DNA of 64,000 bases from an uncultured Methylococcaceae bacterium. GTDB lineage: Bacteria > Pseudomonadota > Gammaproteobacteria > Methylococcales > Methylomonadaceae. The DNA is taken from the NCBI GenBank assembly GCA_903944165.1, contig CAJAQT010000125.1:287-64286 (forward strand), read 5' to 3'. Both the position numbers and the translations under genes were made by a program. Positions 9,159-20,347 of this stretch are shown in pieces (position 1 is the first letter of the stretch; the number at the start of each line of letters is the position of its first letter). The notes below the pieces were generated by a model. The model did not search any database. It was not told the origin of the DNA and saw only the letters and a program-made list of their open reading frames with translations.

Positions 9159-9437
9159 ATGAACACTTTTCGCCTTTGGGGTATAGGCACCTTATTTTTA
9201 ATACTACTAGGCTCGGCGTTAACAGTCATTTTTTGTAAATACCATTCACGCCTACTTTTTATGGAACTACAGCAACAAGAAAGTGCGCTTGATCAATATG
9301 AAGTTGAATGGGGACAAATGCAGTTAGAACTCACTATGCTGACTGAACACAATAGAATTGAACAATTTGCAGTAGAAAACTTAAAACTTATTATTCCTTT
9401 GCGTGAAAAAACCATTTATCTAAAACCTGCAAACTAA
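9159..9437 (+). CDS. ftsL: Cell division protein FtsL
   Basis: One TM plus leucine-zipper (EWGQMQLE); position between rsmH and ftsI. Confidence 0.9.
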   Translation: MNTFRLWGIGTLFLILLGSALTVIFCKYHSRLLFMELQQQESALDQYEVEWGQMQLELTMLTEHNRIEQFAVENLKLIIPLREKTIYLKPAN

Positions 9438-9443
9438 AAAGCC

Positions 9444-11285
9444 ATGCTGGATTTAAGAATCACCACAACAAAATCTAAGCCCCAAGCGAGCAATGATTTT
9501 TCTTTTAGAAAAACATTCTTATTGGGCTTTATGCTGTGTTGCATGACGCTATTAATAAGCCGCGCTTTTTATTTACAAGTTATTGAAAAAGATTTTCTTC
9601 AAGACCAAGGTGACGACAGACACGTTGACGATATTGTTATCCCTGCCTATCGCGGCATGATTAAAGACAGAAACGGAGCGCCCTTAGCCGTTAGTACGCC
9701 TGTAGAATCAATTGCTGTTAATCCAAGAGAACTCATCACTGACGATAAAAATAGACTCAAACAACTTGAAAAAGAATTTAGAAAAAAACAACAATTACTC
9801 AAGCTGTCTGAGACCGATAAAGCCCAAATATTAAACGATTATCGCAAAGAAAAATCGTTAACCATTAAAACTATCGAAAACCTTCTGCATTTACCCTCAG
9901 GAAAAATAACACAGTTATTAAATGAAAAGCCCTTACGCGCCTACGCTTATCTTGCTAGAAGCATCAACCCCGAATTAAGCGAAAATATTAAAGCGTTAAA
10001 ATTAACGGGGGTTTATTTTGAACGCGAATTTAAACGTTTCTACCCTACAGGCAGTGTATCAGCCCATCTTGTCGGCTTTACCGATATTGAAGAAAAAGGG
10101 CAGGGCGGCATGGAGTTAGGCTATGAAAATGTCCTTAAAGGTATCTCTGGCAGTAAGCGTGTAATTAAAGATGGTCATCGCCAAATTATTGCTGATGTAG
10201 AAAATATAAAAGAACCTGTTAACGGCAAAGATATTGTTCTAAGCATCGATCAACGTATTCAATACCTTGCCTATAAAGAATTACAGCGCGGTGTGACTGA
10301 AAATCAAGCAAAAACTGGCACTGTCGTTGTCCTTGATGCCAAAAATGGCGAAATATTGGCTGTTGCCAATCAACCTTCATTTAACCCTAATACGCGAAAA
10401 GAAATAAAAGAATATTTTTATCGCAATCGAGCATTAACAGAAGTGTTTGAGCCAGGCTCAACAGTAAAGCCCTTTGTTGTTGCCGCGGCTTTAGATGGTG
10501 GCTATATCAAACCCACCGATGTCTTCGAGACTCATGGTAGCTTTCAAATTGGTCGTCACCAAGTAAAAGACGTGCACAATTACGGCACCCTTGACTTAAC
10601 CCATGTGATCAAAAAATCTAGCAATATTGCCGTCAGCCAAATGGCCTTAAAAATGCCGCCAGATTATTTTTGGAACATCTATCACCGTCTTGGCTTTGGC
10701 GTTTCTGCCGGCACTGGTTTTGTGGGTGAAGCCAATGGCATTTTATTAGATTATCATCGCTGGCATGATTTTGAGCGCGCCACCCTATCTTTTGGTTATG
10801 GCATGAATGCCTCGGCATTACAGCTTGCTCGCTCCTACACTGCGCTTGCTGATGATGGCATATTGCATTCTGTAAGCTTACTCAAACGCGATGAAGATAT
10901 TGATCAACAACGTGTCTTCAGCACAAAAACAGCTCGACGAGTTCGTGCCATGATGGAGCACGTTATCATGGAAGACGGCACCGCGTATGAAGCCAGAGTA
11001 GATGGCTACAGCGTTGCCGGCAAAACGGGTACGGTTAAAAAATCAGGGGGTAAAAGCGGCTATCTTGATAAAAAATATTTCTCAGTATTTGCAGGCTTTG
11101 CCCCTGCTAAAAATCCTCGTTTGATTATTGTCGTCATGATTGATGAGCCCTCTGCTGGTCAATATTACGGCGGCTTAGTGTCGGCTCCTGTTTTTTCTAA
11201 ACTCATGTCGGGTGCGTTACGCATTCTTAATATCGCGCCTGACAAAGAAGAAACCATGCCTATTTTACTCACGCAAGCACCTTAA
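9444..11285 (+). CDS. ftsI: Penicillin-binding protein 3 (septal transpeptidase)
   Basis: RGMIKDRNG, EPGSTVK (SxxK), KSSN (SxN), KTGT motifs. Confidence 0.96.
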   Translation: MLDLRITTTKSKPQASNDFSFRKTFLLGFMLCCMTLLISRAFYLQVIEKDFLQDQGDDRHVDDIVIPAYRGMIKDRNGAPLAVSTPVESIAVNPRELITDDKNRLKQLEKEFRKKQQLLKLSETDKAQILNDYRKEKSLTIKTIENLLHLPSGKITQLLNEKPLRAYAYLARSINPELSENIKALKLTGVYFEREFKRFYPTGSVSAHLVGFTDIEEKGQGGMELGYENVLKGISGSKRVIKDGHRQIIADVENIKEPVNGKDIVLSIDQRIQYLAYKELQRGVTENQAKTGTVVVLDAKNGEILAVANQPSFNPNTRKEIKEYFYRNRALTEVFEPGSTVKPFVVAAALDGGYIKPTDVFETHGSFQIGRHQVKDVHNYGTLDLTHVIKKSSNIAVSQMALKMPPDYFWNIYHRLGFGVSAGTGFVGEANGILLDYHRWHDFERATLSFGYGMNASALQLARSYTALADDGILHSVSLLKRDEDIDQQRVFSTKTARRVRAMMEHVIMEDGTAYEARVDGYSVAGKTGTVKKSGGKSGYLDKKYFSVFAGFAPAKNPRLIIVVMIDEPSAGQYYGGLVSAPVFSKLMSGALRILNIAPDKEETMPILLTQAP

Positions 11286-11302
11286 TTGGATGGGTAATTA
11301 CT

Positions 11303-12805
11303 ATGCAACTCGCCACGCTATTTCAAAAATTATCTGCACTTGAGCCCCAATCTCAAGCTTATAACAGATTAAATATCAATAACTTAAGTATTGATAGCCG
11401 CACCATTAGTCATCATGATGTGTTTATTGCCTTAACAGGCAGCCAACAGCACGGCTTGTATTTCGCCGAACAAGCCATTAACAAAGGTGCTGCTGCGATT
11501 TTATATGATCCAGAGCAAGATGGTCGGCACTTAGCCAGCACCATTAGCGCAATTCCTACAATTGCAGTGCCAAACTTAAGCACACAACTTGGCCTTATCG
11601 CCGCCAATTTTTATGGCTGGCCAACAGACGCATTAACGCTAGTTGGCATAACGGGCACCAATGGTAAAACTTCGTGTACACAATTCTTACATCAACTAAC
11701 CGAACATAGCGGCGTTATTGGCACCTTAGGCTGGGGTGATCGACAGCAACTTCATGCTACGCAGCACACCACACCTGATGCCTTAACATTACAAAAAATA
11801 TTTTCTAGCTTTAAAAACAATCACCAACATACCGTATTTATGGAAGTGTCCTCACACGCCATAAGTCAACACAGAACCAGCGGCCTTCCCTTTGAAGGCA
11901 TCGTCTTTACAAATATCACCCGTGATCATTTAGATTACCACTTAACGTTTTCAGCCTATTGCAACGCAAAACTACAATTGCTTGATACGCCTGACCTACG
12001 CTTTGTGGTGATGAATCTTGATGATGAACTCGCCTCCAAAATTATTTCACGCACTCCCGCAACGGCAATACTTTGGAGCACCAGTTGCACGGGTAAAACC
12101 CTGCACACTGCAACCAGTCTCGTTGCAACACAGCTTCGCCAAACCCCGACTGGCATAGCATTTGACGTTCATCTTGATCAACAGCAACACCATCTTAGTT
12201 TACCGTTGTATGGCTTATTTAATGTGAGCAACTGTCTGCAAGTATTAGCCGTATTGCTCGCAAAAGGCATGAGTTTTTCCGTAGCCTGTCAACAGCTGAA
12301 GAACTTACAACCCATTCAGGGGCGCATGGAGCGTTTGGGCGGACACGATCAGCCCCATATTGTCATTGATTATGCCCATACCCCCGACGCCTTAGAAAAA
12401 GCATTAAGTAGTTTACGCGCACATTGTCAGCACCGGCTTTGGCTGGTCTTCGGTTGTGGCGGCAATCGCGATCAAGGCAAACGTCCATTAATGGGCGAAT
12501 GCGCTTCACGCTTTGCTGATCAAATCATCCTTACCGATGACAATCCCAGAGATGAGGCGAGTGAACAGATTATTGCCGACATTATGACTGGCTGCGAGCA
12601 CCAAAAAACACGTGTTATCGCTAATAGAGAACTCGCCATTCATTATGCAATTGCTCATGCCAGCCCCAAAGATTGCATTTTAATCGCGGGCAAAGGGCAT
12701 GAAGATTACCAAGAGAGTGCCGGTGAACGCTTTCCCTTTAGCGATAAAGAATGCGCACTGCACGCCTTAACCCAAACCTATCCAGCATTGGGCCAAATAA
12801 CATGA
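11303..12805 (+). CDS. murE: UDP-MurNAc-Ala-Glu:meso-DAP ligase
   Basis: GITGTNGKT, TTPD, MEVSSH, DYAHTPD, DNPR (DAP-specific), AGKGHE. Confidence 0.96.
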   Translation: MQLATLFQKLSALEPQSQAYNRLNINNLSIDSRTISHHDVFIALTGSQQHGLYFAEQAINKGAAAILYDPEQDGRHLASTISAIPTIAVPNLSTQLGLIAANFYGWPTDALTLVGITGTNGKTSCTQFLHQLTEHSGVIGTLGWGDRQQLHATQHTTPDALTLQKIFSSFKNNHQHTVFMEVSSHAISQHRTSGLPFEGIVFTNITRDHLDYHLTFSAYCNAKLQLLDTPDLRFVVMNLDDELASKIISRTPATAILWSTSCTGKTLHTATSLVATQLRQTPTGIAFDVHLDQQQHHLSLPLYGLFNVSNCLQVLAVLLAKGMSFSVACQQLKNLQPIQGRMERLGGHDQPHIVIDYAHTPDALEKALSSLRAHCQHRLWLVFGCGGNRDQGKRPLMGECASRFADQIILTDDNPRDEASEQIIADIMTGCEHQKTRVIANRELAIHYAIAHASPKDCILIAGKGHEDYQESAGERFPFSDKECALHALTQTYPALGQIT

Positions 12806-14172
12806 CTCTTTATTTAAGTGCTTTAGCTAAACAACTCTCTGGGCAACGGGTGGGTGCAGATGTGGCGATCACCTCAGTCAGCATTGATTCAAGATCACTG
12901 CAAGCAGGTGATGTGTATATTGCAATTAAAGGACACCAACACGATGGCCATGCCTTTTTAGCTGAAACAGAACGCGCCGGTGCCTGCGCTGCGATCATCG
13001 AGGCAAGCTCAACTACGCAACTCACTATTCCTCACCTAATCGTAACTGACACGAGGATTGCACTGGCACAACTGGCCACACTTTGGCGACAACACTTGCC
13101 TGCCTGTACCGTCATTGGGATAACGGGTAGCAATGGTAAAACCACCGTCAAGGAAATGACTGCGGCGGTCATGGGCGACGCCAGCACCGTACTGTATACC
13201 CAAGGTAATTTAAACAACGCAATTGGCGTTCCCCTTACTTTATTACGCCTAACTCAGGCACACCATTACGCAGTAATTGAAATGGGCGCTAATCACCCAG
13301 GTGAAATTGCTTTTGTTAATACCTGCGCTCACGCCGATATTGTCATCATAACTAATGCCGCTAACGCACACTTAGCAGGCTTTGGCGATGTCGCTGGCGT
13401 TGCAAAAGCGAAAGGTGAAATTATTAGTACGCTTAACCCAGAGGGCATCGTCATTTTAAATCGTGATGATGCTTATTTTGATTACTGGCAAACGCTAGCA
13501 GGTAGTAGAAAAATACTGTCTTTTGGGCTACATAATCAAGCGGATATAAGAGCAGAGCACATTCAAAGCAGCATTCAGGCGCAGCAATTTGTGACGTCTT
13601 TTGAGCTCATTAGTGCAGGGCAGCGCTATCACTGCACCCTCGCGTTAGCAGGTCAACATAACGTCTTAAACGCCTTAGCCGCGTGCGCCGTAGGTCTGGC
13701 GGCAGGTATACCCATCGCAACATTAATAACTCGATTAAAAAAAGTTAATTCAGTTACTGGGCGCTTACAAGCTTTAGTTGGCAGGCAAGGGCAATTAATC
13801 ATTGATGATACTTATAACGCGAATGCCGATTCCTTAGCTGCCGCACTAAATGTTTTACAACAATGCCCAGGACAACCTTGGCTGATTCTCGGTGCCTTTG
13901 GCGAATTAGGGCCAGCAAGTGCTGAACTTCATTATGAGCTGGGTTTACAGATAAAAAAGAGTGGGGTAATGCGCTTATTTGCAGTGGGTGACGATTGTCA
14001 ACACACGGTAGCAGCCTTTGGCGAAGGCGCCCAGTATTGTCACAACCACGCTGAACTCATGACGCAATTAAACAACGCCTTAACTGGTCAAGAAACACTT
14101 TTAATTAAAGGCTCGCGATCACAAAAGATGGAACACATCGTGGCATCACTCGTTGAAAACTTTAGGACATAA
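12802..14172 (+). CDS. murF: UDP-MurNAc-tripeptide:D-Ala-D-Ala ligase
   Basis: GITGSNGKTT, NNAIGVP, EMGANH, DDTYNAN, KGSR; ATG at 12802 overlaps the murE stop (ATGA). Confidence 0.95.
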   Translation: MTLYLSALAKQLSGQRVGADVAITSVSIDSRSLQAGDVYIAIKGHQHDGHAFLAETERAGACAAIIEASSTTQLTIPHLIVTDTRIALAQLATLWRQHLPACTVIGITGSNGKTTVKEMTAAVMGDASTVLYTQGNLNNAIGVPLTLLRLTQAHHYAVIEMGANHPGEIAFVNTCAHADIVIITNAANAHLAGFGDVAGVAKAKGEIISTLNPEGIVILNRDDAYFDYWQTLAGSRKILSFGLHNQADIRAEHIQSSIQAQQFVTSFELISAGQRYHCTLALAGQHNVLNALAACAVGLAAGIPIATLITRLKKVNSVTGRLQALVGRQGQLIIDDTYNANADSLAAALNVLQQCPGQPWLILGAFGELGPASAELHYELGLQIKKSGVMRLFAVGDDCQHTVAAFGEGAQYCHNHAELMTQLNNALTGQETLLIKGSRSQKMEHIVASLVENFRT

Positions 14173-14175
14173 ACA

Positions 14176-15258
14176 ATGCTACTTTATTTAACTGATTATT
14201 TAATGAGCTTTAACAGTGGCTTTAGAGTATTTCACTACCTCACGTTTAGAGCCATTTTAGGCGTGCTGACCTCGCTGCTCATTTCTTTCATTATTGGTCC
14301 TGTCATGATTGAAAAATTACGCGGCAACAAAATTGGTCAAAGTATCCGCGAATTAGGCCCGCAGTCACACTACGAAAAAGCCGGCACCCCCACTATGGGC
14401 GGCACCTTAATTCTCGTCGCCATCACCATTACCACCTTAATTTGGGCGGACTTAAGTAACCGCTATATTTGGGTCATCTTATTAGTCACCTTAGGTTTTG
14501 GTGTGATTGGCTTTATCGATGATTACAAAAAAGTCATTAAACGCAATAGTGACGGCTTGTCTGCAAAAGCAAAATACTTAGGACAGTCGATTATCGGTTT
14601 AACTGCGGCCTTGTTTTTATACCAAACCGCCACGCTACCTGCCGAAACAGAATTTATTGTGCCTTTTTTCAAAAGCATTGTTTGGCAAATGGGCTGGGTA
14701 TATGTGTTGCTCAGTTATTTTGTCATCGTGGGTACCAGTAATGCGGTCAACCTAACCGATGGTTTGGATGGTTTAGCGATCATGCCGACGGTAATGGTTG
14801 CGGGTGGTTTAGGTATTTTTGCTTACTTATCTGGGCACAGCGAGTTTGCTCAATACCTAGCCATTCCCTACCTCCCTAATGCGGGTGAACTTATTGTATT
14901 TTGTGCCGCGCTTATTGGTGCAGGTTTAGGCTTTCTCTGGTTTAACACCTATCCTGCAATGGTCTTTATGGGTGATGTCGGAGCACTTGCCTTGGGTGCG
15001 GCCTTAGGCGTACTGGCTATTCTGGTAAGACAAGAATTAGTCTTGGTGATTATGGGCGGCGTTTTTGTGATGGAAACTTTGTCGGTCATTATTCAAGTCG
15101 CCTCATTTAAATTAACGGGTAAGCGCGTGTTTCGAATGGCCCCCATTCATCACCACTTTGAATTAAAAGGCTGGCCCGAGCCACGTGTCATTGTACGGTT
15201 TTGGATAATCACCGTGATTTTAGTATTAATTGGTTTGGCAACATTAAAATTGAGATAA
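14176..15258 (+). CDS. mraY: Phospho-MurNAc-pentapeptide transferase
   Basis: [40 protein letters not shown]. Confidence 0.97.
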   Translation: MLLYLTDYLMSFNSGFRVFHYLTFRAILGVLTSLLISFIIGPVMIEKLRGNKIGQSIRELGPQSHYEKAGTPTMGGTLILVAITITTLIWADLSNRYIWVILLVTLGFGVIGFIDDYKKVIKRNSDGLSAKAKYLGQSIIGLTAALFLYQTATLPAETEFIVPFFKSIVWQMGWVYVLLSYFVIVGTSNAVNLTDGLDGLAIMPTVMVAGGLGIFAYLSGHSEFAQYLAIPYLPNAGELIVFCAALIGAGLGFLWFNTYPAMVFMGDVGALALGAALGVLAILVRQELVLVIMGGVFVMETLSVIIQVASFKLTGKRVFRMAPIHHHFELKGWPEPRVIVRFWIITVILVLIGLATLKLR

Positions 15259-15260
15259 GC

Positions 15261-16658
15261 ATGCCTACTGCAACACATTCTTTATTAAAGAAACATTTTA
15301 ATTTAGACCCAACCTCCGCAAAAATTTTAGTGGTGGGATTAGGGTCTACCGGCATTTCTGTGGCGCGTTATCTAAAAAAAATGGGCTATCAATTTGCAAT
15401 TATTGACAGTCGAAAACATCCCCCGTTAATGGAAGAGTTTTTTAATTTAATGCCTGACACGCCCGTATTTACAGGTGGTTTTGATGATGCGGCGTTTAAA
15501 GTTGCCACACATCTGGTCGTCAGTCCTGGTTTATCGCTCAATGAAAAATCCATCATAAAAGCAGTGGCTAATGGCTCAATCGTGATGAGTGACATTGATT
15601 TATTTGCCTGCTCAGTACAAACCCCAATAATTGCCATTACTGGTTCAAACGGCAAAAGTACAGTAACAACCATGTTGGGTGATATGGCCAAAGCCGCAGG
15701 AAAAAAAGGCGTGATTGGTGGCAATCTTGGTGTGCCTGCACTGGATTTGCTTAATGAAGAAGCTGAGCTTTATGTCTTAGAACTGTCTAGCTTTCAATTA
15801 GAACGCACCTCCACACTTAACGCTAACGCAGCGACCATTTTAAATATCAGCCCCGATCATCTTGACCGCCACAGTTCGGTTGCTGAATACGCACGAGAAA
15901 AACAAACTGTTTTCAATGGCGACGGCGCAATGGTTATTAATATTGATGACCCAATTGTCAACAGCATGATTGAAGCACAACGTAAAACATATACCTTTTC
16001 AATCAAAACCACCGCTGATTTTTATCTAACACAGCAGCCCGCTTGCGAAGGCGATAGGCACACCACAGAAAACGAATACTTAATGTTTCAAAACCACGCA
16101 TTATTAGCCCTAAATGAGCTTCCGTTAGAAGGTCGTCATAATGCTGCCAATGCTCTTGCTGCACTTGCTTTAGGTCATGCCGTGGGCTTGCCTTTTCCAG
16201 CAATGTGCGACGCTTTAAAAAAATTCAAAGGCTTAGAGCATCGTATGCAACGGGTGGCTATTTTAAATGGCATCACGTGGATTAATGACTCCAAAGCCAC
16301 CAATATTGGTGCCTGCATTGCGGCACTGGAAGGTTATCAAACTAAAGTAATCTTAATTGCTGGCGGCGACGCTAAGGGCGCCGATATGAACGAGCTTGCA
16401 CCCATTATTCAAGAAAAAGCCAAGGCGTTAATTCTCATGGGTAAAGACGCCGCGTTATTTAATGATGCCTTAATTGATACCACACTACCCATTTATCATG
16501 CTGAAAACATGCAACAGGCTGTTCATCTAGCGGCACAATGTGCCCACTCAGGCGATCATGTGTTGTTATCACCAGCGTGCGCGAGTCTTGATCAATATAA
16601 AAATTATCAAGATCGTGGCAATAAATTTTCTAAAGCCGTCTTAGCCTTAGCACATTAA
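15261..16658 (+). CDS. murD: UDP-MurNAc-L-Ala:D-Glu ligase
   Basis: VVGLGSTG, ITGSNGKSTVT, ELSSFQL, DHLDRH, NDSKATN, LLSPACAS; start chosen at ATG 15261. Confidence 0.95.
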   Translation: MPTATHSLLKKHFNLDPTSAKILVVGLGSTGISVARYLKKMGYQFAIIDSRKHPPLMEEFFNLMPDTPVFTGGFDDAAFKVATHLVVSPGLSLNEKSIIKAVANGSIVMSDIDLFACSVQTPIIAITGSNGKSTVTTMLGDMAKAAGKKGVIGGNLGVPALDLLNEEAELYVLELSSFQLERTSTLNANAATILNISPDHLDRHSSVAEYAREKQTVFNGDGAMVINIDDPIVNSMIEAQRKTYTFSIKTTADFYLTQQPACEGDRHTTENEYLMFQNHALLALNELPLEGRHNAANALAALALGHAVGLPFPAMCDALKKFKGLEHRMQRVAILNGITWINDSKATNIGACIAALEGYQTKVILIAGGDAKGADMNELAPIIQEKAKALILMGKDAALFNDALIDTTLPIYHAENMQQAVHLAAQCAHSGDHVLLSPACASLDQYKNYQDRGNKFSKAVLALAH

Positions 16659-16663
16659 GCACA

Positions 16664-17863
16664 ATGATAACGCGCACAAAAAAAACTAAAGCATCTCGAC
16701 TCGGACAATTTCATTTGGATACGTTCTTGTTAACAGTCTGTGTCAGTTTACTATTGATCGGCTATGTGATGGTGACCTCATCATCCATTCATATTGGCAC
16801 TAAACAACTTGATAATATGTGGAATTACCCACTTAAGCAGCTTATCCATATTGGTTTAGGCGTAGTTATGGGCAGCACTATCGCCACCATACCCATGCGT
16901 AAATGGGAAAAACTTGGTCCAGTGTTATTTTTATCAGGACTGGCACTACTGGTTATTGTCATGATTCCAGGCTTAGGTATTAAAGTTAATGGCAGTACGC
17001 GCTGGTTATCATTATTAGGTTTAAGAATTCAAGTGTCAGAAGTCGTTAAATTTTTTGCCGTTATTTACATGGCTGGCTATATTACCCGACACCGCGAATC
17101 CATTCGTAACATAAGCGTTGCACTGTTTAAACCGTTAGCCTTGTTTGTTATTGCCAGCATCTTGTTATTAATGGAACCAGATTTTGGCTCAGCCGTGGTC
17201 ATTTTAATGATAGCCATGGGCACCATGTATTTAGCAGGCGCAAAACTTGGTCAATTTATTCTATTGTTTGCTGGCTTAGCGGGCATGGCGGCTATGTTAG
17301 TTATTTTTGAACCGTACCGAATGATGCGTATTACCAGTTTTTTAAATCCTTGGGCTGATCCTTTAAACTCTGGATTTCAATTAGTACAAGCCCTTATCTC
17401 CTTTGGACGCGGCGAATTAATCGGCGTTGGCTTAGGCAGTGGTATTCAGAAATTATCGTATTTACCCGAAGCCCATACCGACTTTTTGTTCTCCGTGATT
17501 GCCGAAGAACTTGGTTTTCTTGGCGTTATCTCTGTCATTGGTTTATTTGCTTTATTTTTAACACGCGCCTTTCAGATTGGTGCTAAAGCTGAAGCAATGG
17601 GCGAGGATTTTTCCGCCTATATTGCGTATGGCTTAGCTATTTGGTTTGGCTTTCAAGCCTTCGTCAACATGGGCGTAAATATGGGCATGTTGCCCACCAA
17701 AGGCTTAACCTTACCCCTAATGAGTTATGGCGGTGGCAGTATGATGATTATGTGTTGTGCATTAGGTTTGTTATTCCGTGTTCATAGCGAAAGTGCAGAA
17801 ATTAATGCCAACTCTCTACCCACACCACGGGTTAAAGCGAAAGCAAGGATAACTCATGACTAA
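16664..17863 (+). CDS. ftsW: Peptidoglycan glycosyltransferase FtsW (SEDS)
   Basis: NGSTRW, EPDFG, LPEAHTDF, PTKGLTLPLMSYGG. Confidence 0.96.
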   Translation: MITRTKKTKASRLGQFHLDTFLLTVCVSLLLIGYVMVTSSSIHIGTKQLDNMWNYPLKQLIHIGLGVVMGSTIATIPMRKWEKLGPVLFLSGLALLVIVMIPGLGIKVNGSTRWLSLLGLRIQVSEVVKFFAVIYMAGYITRHRESIRNISVALFKPLALFVIASILLLMEPDFGSAVVILMIAMGTMYLAGAKLGQFILLFAGLAGMAAMLVIFEPYRMMRITSFLNPWADPLNSGFQLVQALISFGRGELIGVGLGSGIQKLSYLPEAHTDFLFSVIAEELGFLGVISVIGLFALFLTRAFQIGAKAEAMGEDFSAYIAYGLAIWFGFQAFVNMGVNMGMLPTKGLTLPLMSYGGGSMMIMCCALGLLFRVHSESAEINANSLPTPRVKAKARITHD

Positions 17864-18911
17864 ACGTATCCTCATTATGGCAGGGGGCACTGGCGGCCAT
17901 GTTTTTCCAGCCTTAGCCGTTGCCGACTACTTACGCGAACAACACTGGCAGGTCAGTTGGTTAGGCACTCAAAAAGGGCTTGAAAGCCGCGTTATTCCCG
18001 CTCATGGCATAGCAATCGATTGGCTTAGCGTTTCTGGTGTGCGTGGTAAAGGCGTGCTCACCAAGCTCAAGGGTCTTCTTAATCTAGTGACCGCGTGCTG
18101 GCAAGCACTATGCATCCTACGAAAACGTAAACCTGATGTGGTTTTAGGAATGGGCGGTTTTGTGGCGGGGCCAGGCGGCTTAATGGCAAAATTACTTGGC
18201 ATCCCACTGGTGATTCATGAACAAAATAGAATTCCAGGTACGACGAATAAAATCCTCGCCAAGTTTGCCAATCAGACACTGGAAGCGTTTCCAAATAGCT
18301 TTGCCACATCTGTTCACGCACACTGTACAGGTAATCCGTTGAGAAAAGACTTTGTAGCGTATGCCGCGCACCCAGAAAAGACAGTAACATCAGCCCTTCA
18401 CTTGTTGATTATTGGCGGCAGTCAAGGCGCACAAATCTTAAACGAAATCGTGCCTGATGCGCTTGCAAACATACCCACAATTCAAGTGAAACACCAAACT
18501 GGCTCCGTTATGGTTGAGCGTGTTAATCAGCACTATCAACGCTTAGGCATACAGGCCGAAGTTAAGGCATTTTATGATGACATCATCACCGCTTATGCCT
18601 GGGCTGACCTCATTATTTGCCGCGCCGGTGCCATGACTGTTAGTGAAGTTGCTGCACTCGGGCTGCCGGCTATTTTAATCCCTTTACCTAGTGCAATTGA
18701 CGATCATCAAACCGCTAATGCACGCTATTTAACTGAAGCCAATGCAGGCGTATTACTTATGCAACAACAGCTTACACCAGAAACTCTCGCTGAAAAAATC
18801 CATCTGGTCATGGCTAACCTAAGCCAGCTAAGTGAGGCCGCAACACACTGCGCACGCCTTGACGCCACCGAAAAAGTAGCTCAGTTTTGCGTACAGGCGG
18901 CACACGCATGA
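17856..18911 (+). CDS. murG: Lipid I:GlcNAc transferase
   Basis: [35 protein letters not shown]. Confidence 0.97.
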   Translation: MTKRILIMAGGTGGHVFPALAVADYLREQHWQVSWLGTQKGLESRVIPAHGIAIDWLSVSGVRGKGVLTKLKGLLNLVTACWQALCILRKRKPDVVLGMGGFVAGPGGLMAKLLGIPLVIHEQNRIPGTTNKILAKFANQTLEAFPNSFATSVHAHCTGNPLRKDFVAYAAHPEKTVTSALHLLIIGGSQGAQILNEIVPDALANIPTIQVKHQTGSVMVERVNQHYQRLGIQAEVKAFYDDIITAYAWADLIICRAGAMTVSEVAALGLPAILIPLPSAIDDHQTANARYLTEANAGVLLMQQQLTPETLAEKIHLVMANLSQLSEAATHCARLDATEKVAQFCVQAAHA

Positions 18912-20347
18912 AAATACCTACTATTCGTTCAATGGTACAGTCCTTAGGCAATATCCAACGTATTCACTTTATTGGTATTGGTGGCACGGGCATGAGTGGG
19001 ATTGCCGAAGTATTATCAAACTTAGGTTATCAGGTGTCTGGCTCTGACATTAAAGAAAGCAGTGTCACTCAGCGCTTAGCGGAATTAGGCGTAAAGATTT
19101 TTATAGGCCACCAGCGCGACAATATTACTAATGTTGACGTTGTCGTCGCGTCAAGCGCTATCGATCACCATAACGAAGAAATCGCGGCAGCTATTGCACA
19201 CCGAATTCCTGTTATTCCACGTGCGGAAATGTTGGCTGAATTAATGCGTTTTCGTTTTGGTATTGCCGTTGCCGGCACCCACGGAAAAACCACTACCACC
19301 AGCTTAACAGCAAGTATGTTAGCTGAAGGTGGCTTAGATCCTACCTTTGTTATAGGTGGCAGACTTAACAGTGCTGGCACTAATGCAAAATTGGGCTTAG
19401 GTCACTACTTAGTTGCGGAAGCTGATGAAAGCGACGCCTCATTTCTTTATTTACAACCGATGATTGCAGTGATTACTAATATTGACCAAGATCACATGGC
19501 AACCTATGAAAATAATTTTCAACGCTTAAAAGATACCTTTATTGAATTTTTACATCACTTACCCTTTTATGGCTTAGCCGTCCTTTGCCTTGATGATGAA
19601 GGTGTAAAAGAGATTTTACCCAAAGTATCCAAGCCAACGCTTACTTATGGTGTTGATGAGCTAGCCGATGTTCGCGCAATCAATATTAAGCAAGAAGGCT
19701 TACAAACACACTTCACTGTACTGCGTCGCGGTGATTATCCAGACTTACAGGTGACCTTAAATATGCCAGGTTGGCATAACATGCTAAATGCTTTAGCTGC
19801 AATTGCAATTGCCACCAAATTACACGTTGACGATCGCGCCATTAGCGCAAGCTTAAGCAGCTTTAAAGGGATTGGGCGCCGCTTTCAACATAGCGTAATT
19901 GAATTACCTACACTGGGTAGCATTCCACTCGTAGATGATTATGGGCATCACCCAAGAGAAATTGCAGCAACCTTAGAGGCCTTAAGACAAGCGTGGCCAA
20001 ACAAACGTGCCGTAGTGATATTTCAACCACACCGTTACAGTCGCACACGAGATTTATTTGAAGATTTTGTCCACGTACTCTCTAGCGTTGATGTGCTGAT
20101 TTTGATGGACGTGTACTCCGCAGGCGAAACGCCTATTCCTGGCGCTGATGGTCGTGCCTTAAGTCGTGCGATACGGATACGCGGACAGGTTGATCCCGTA
20201 TTTATTGAAACATGGGAAGAATTGCCTGGCTTATTAAAAAGAATTATGCAAGCAAACGATGTCATTTTAACAATGGGGGCAGGTAATGTTGGACACATCG
20301 CACCACAGTTACCGGCACTTCTACAACAAGAATGGCAGGCCCAATGA
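18908..20347 (+). CDS. murC: UDP-MurNAc:L-Ala ligase
   Basis: [41 protein letters not shown]; ATG at 18908 overlaps the murG stop. Confidence 0.96.
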   Translation: MKIPTIRSMVQSLGNIQRIHFIGIGGTGMSGIAEVLSNLGYQVSGSDIKESSVTQRLAELGVKIFIGHQRDNITNVDVVVASSAIDHHNEEIAAAIAHRIPVIPRAEMLAELMRFRFGIAVAGTHGKTTTTSLTASMLAEGGLDPTFVIGGRLNSAGTNAKLGLGHYLVAEADESDASFLYLQPMIAVITNIDQDHMATYENNFQRLKDTFIEFLHHLPFYGLAVLCLDDEGVKEILPKVSKPTLTYGVDELADVRAINIKQEGLQTHFTVLRRGDYPDLQVTLNMPGWHNMLNALAAIAIATKLHVDDRAISASLSSFKGIGRRFQHSVIELPTLGSIPLVDDYGHHPREIAATLEALRQAWPNKRAVVIFQPHRYSRTRDLFEDFVHVLSSVDVLILMDVYSAGETPIPGADGRALSRAIRIRGQVDPVFIETWEELPGLLKRIMQANDVILTMGAGNVGHIAPQLPALLQQEWQAQ

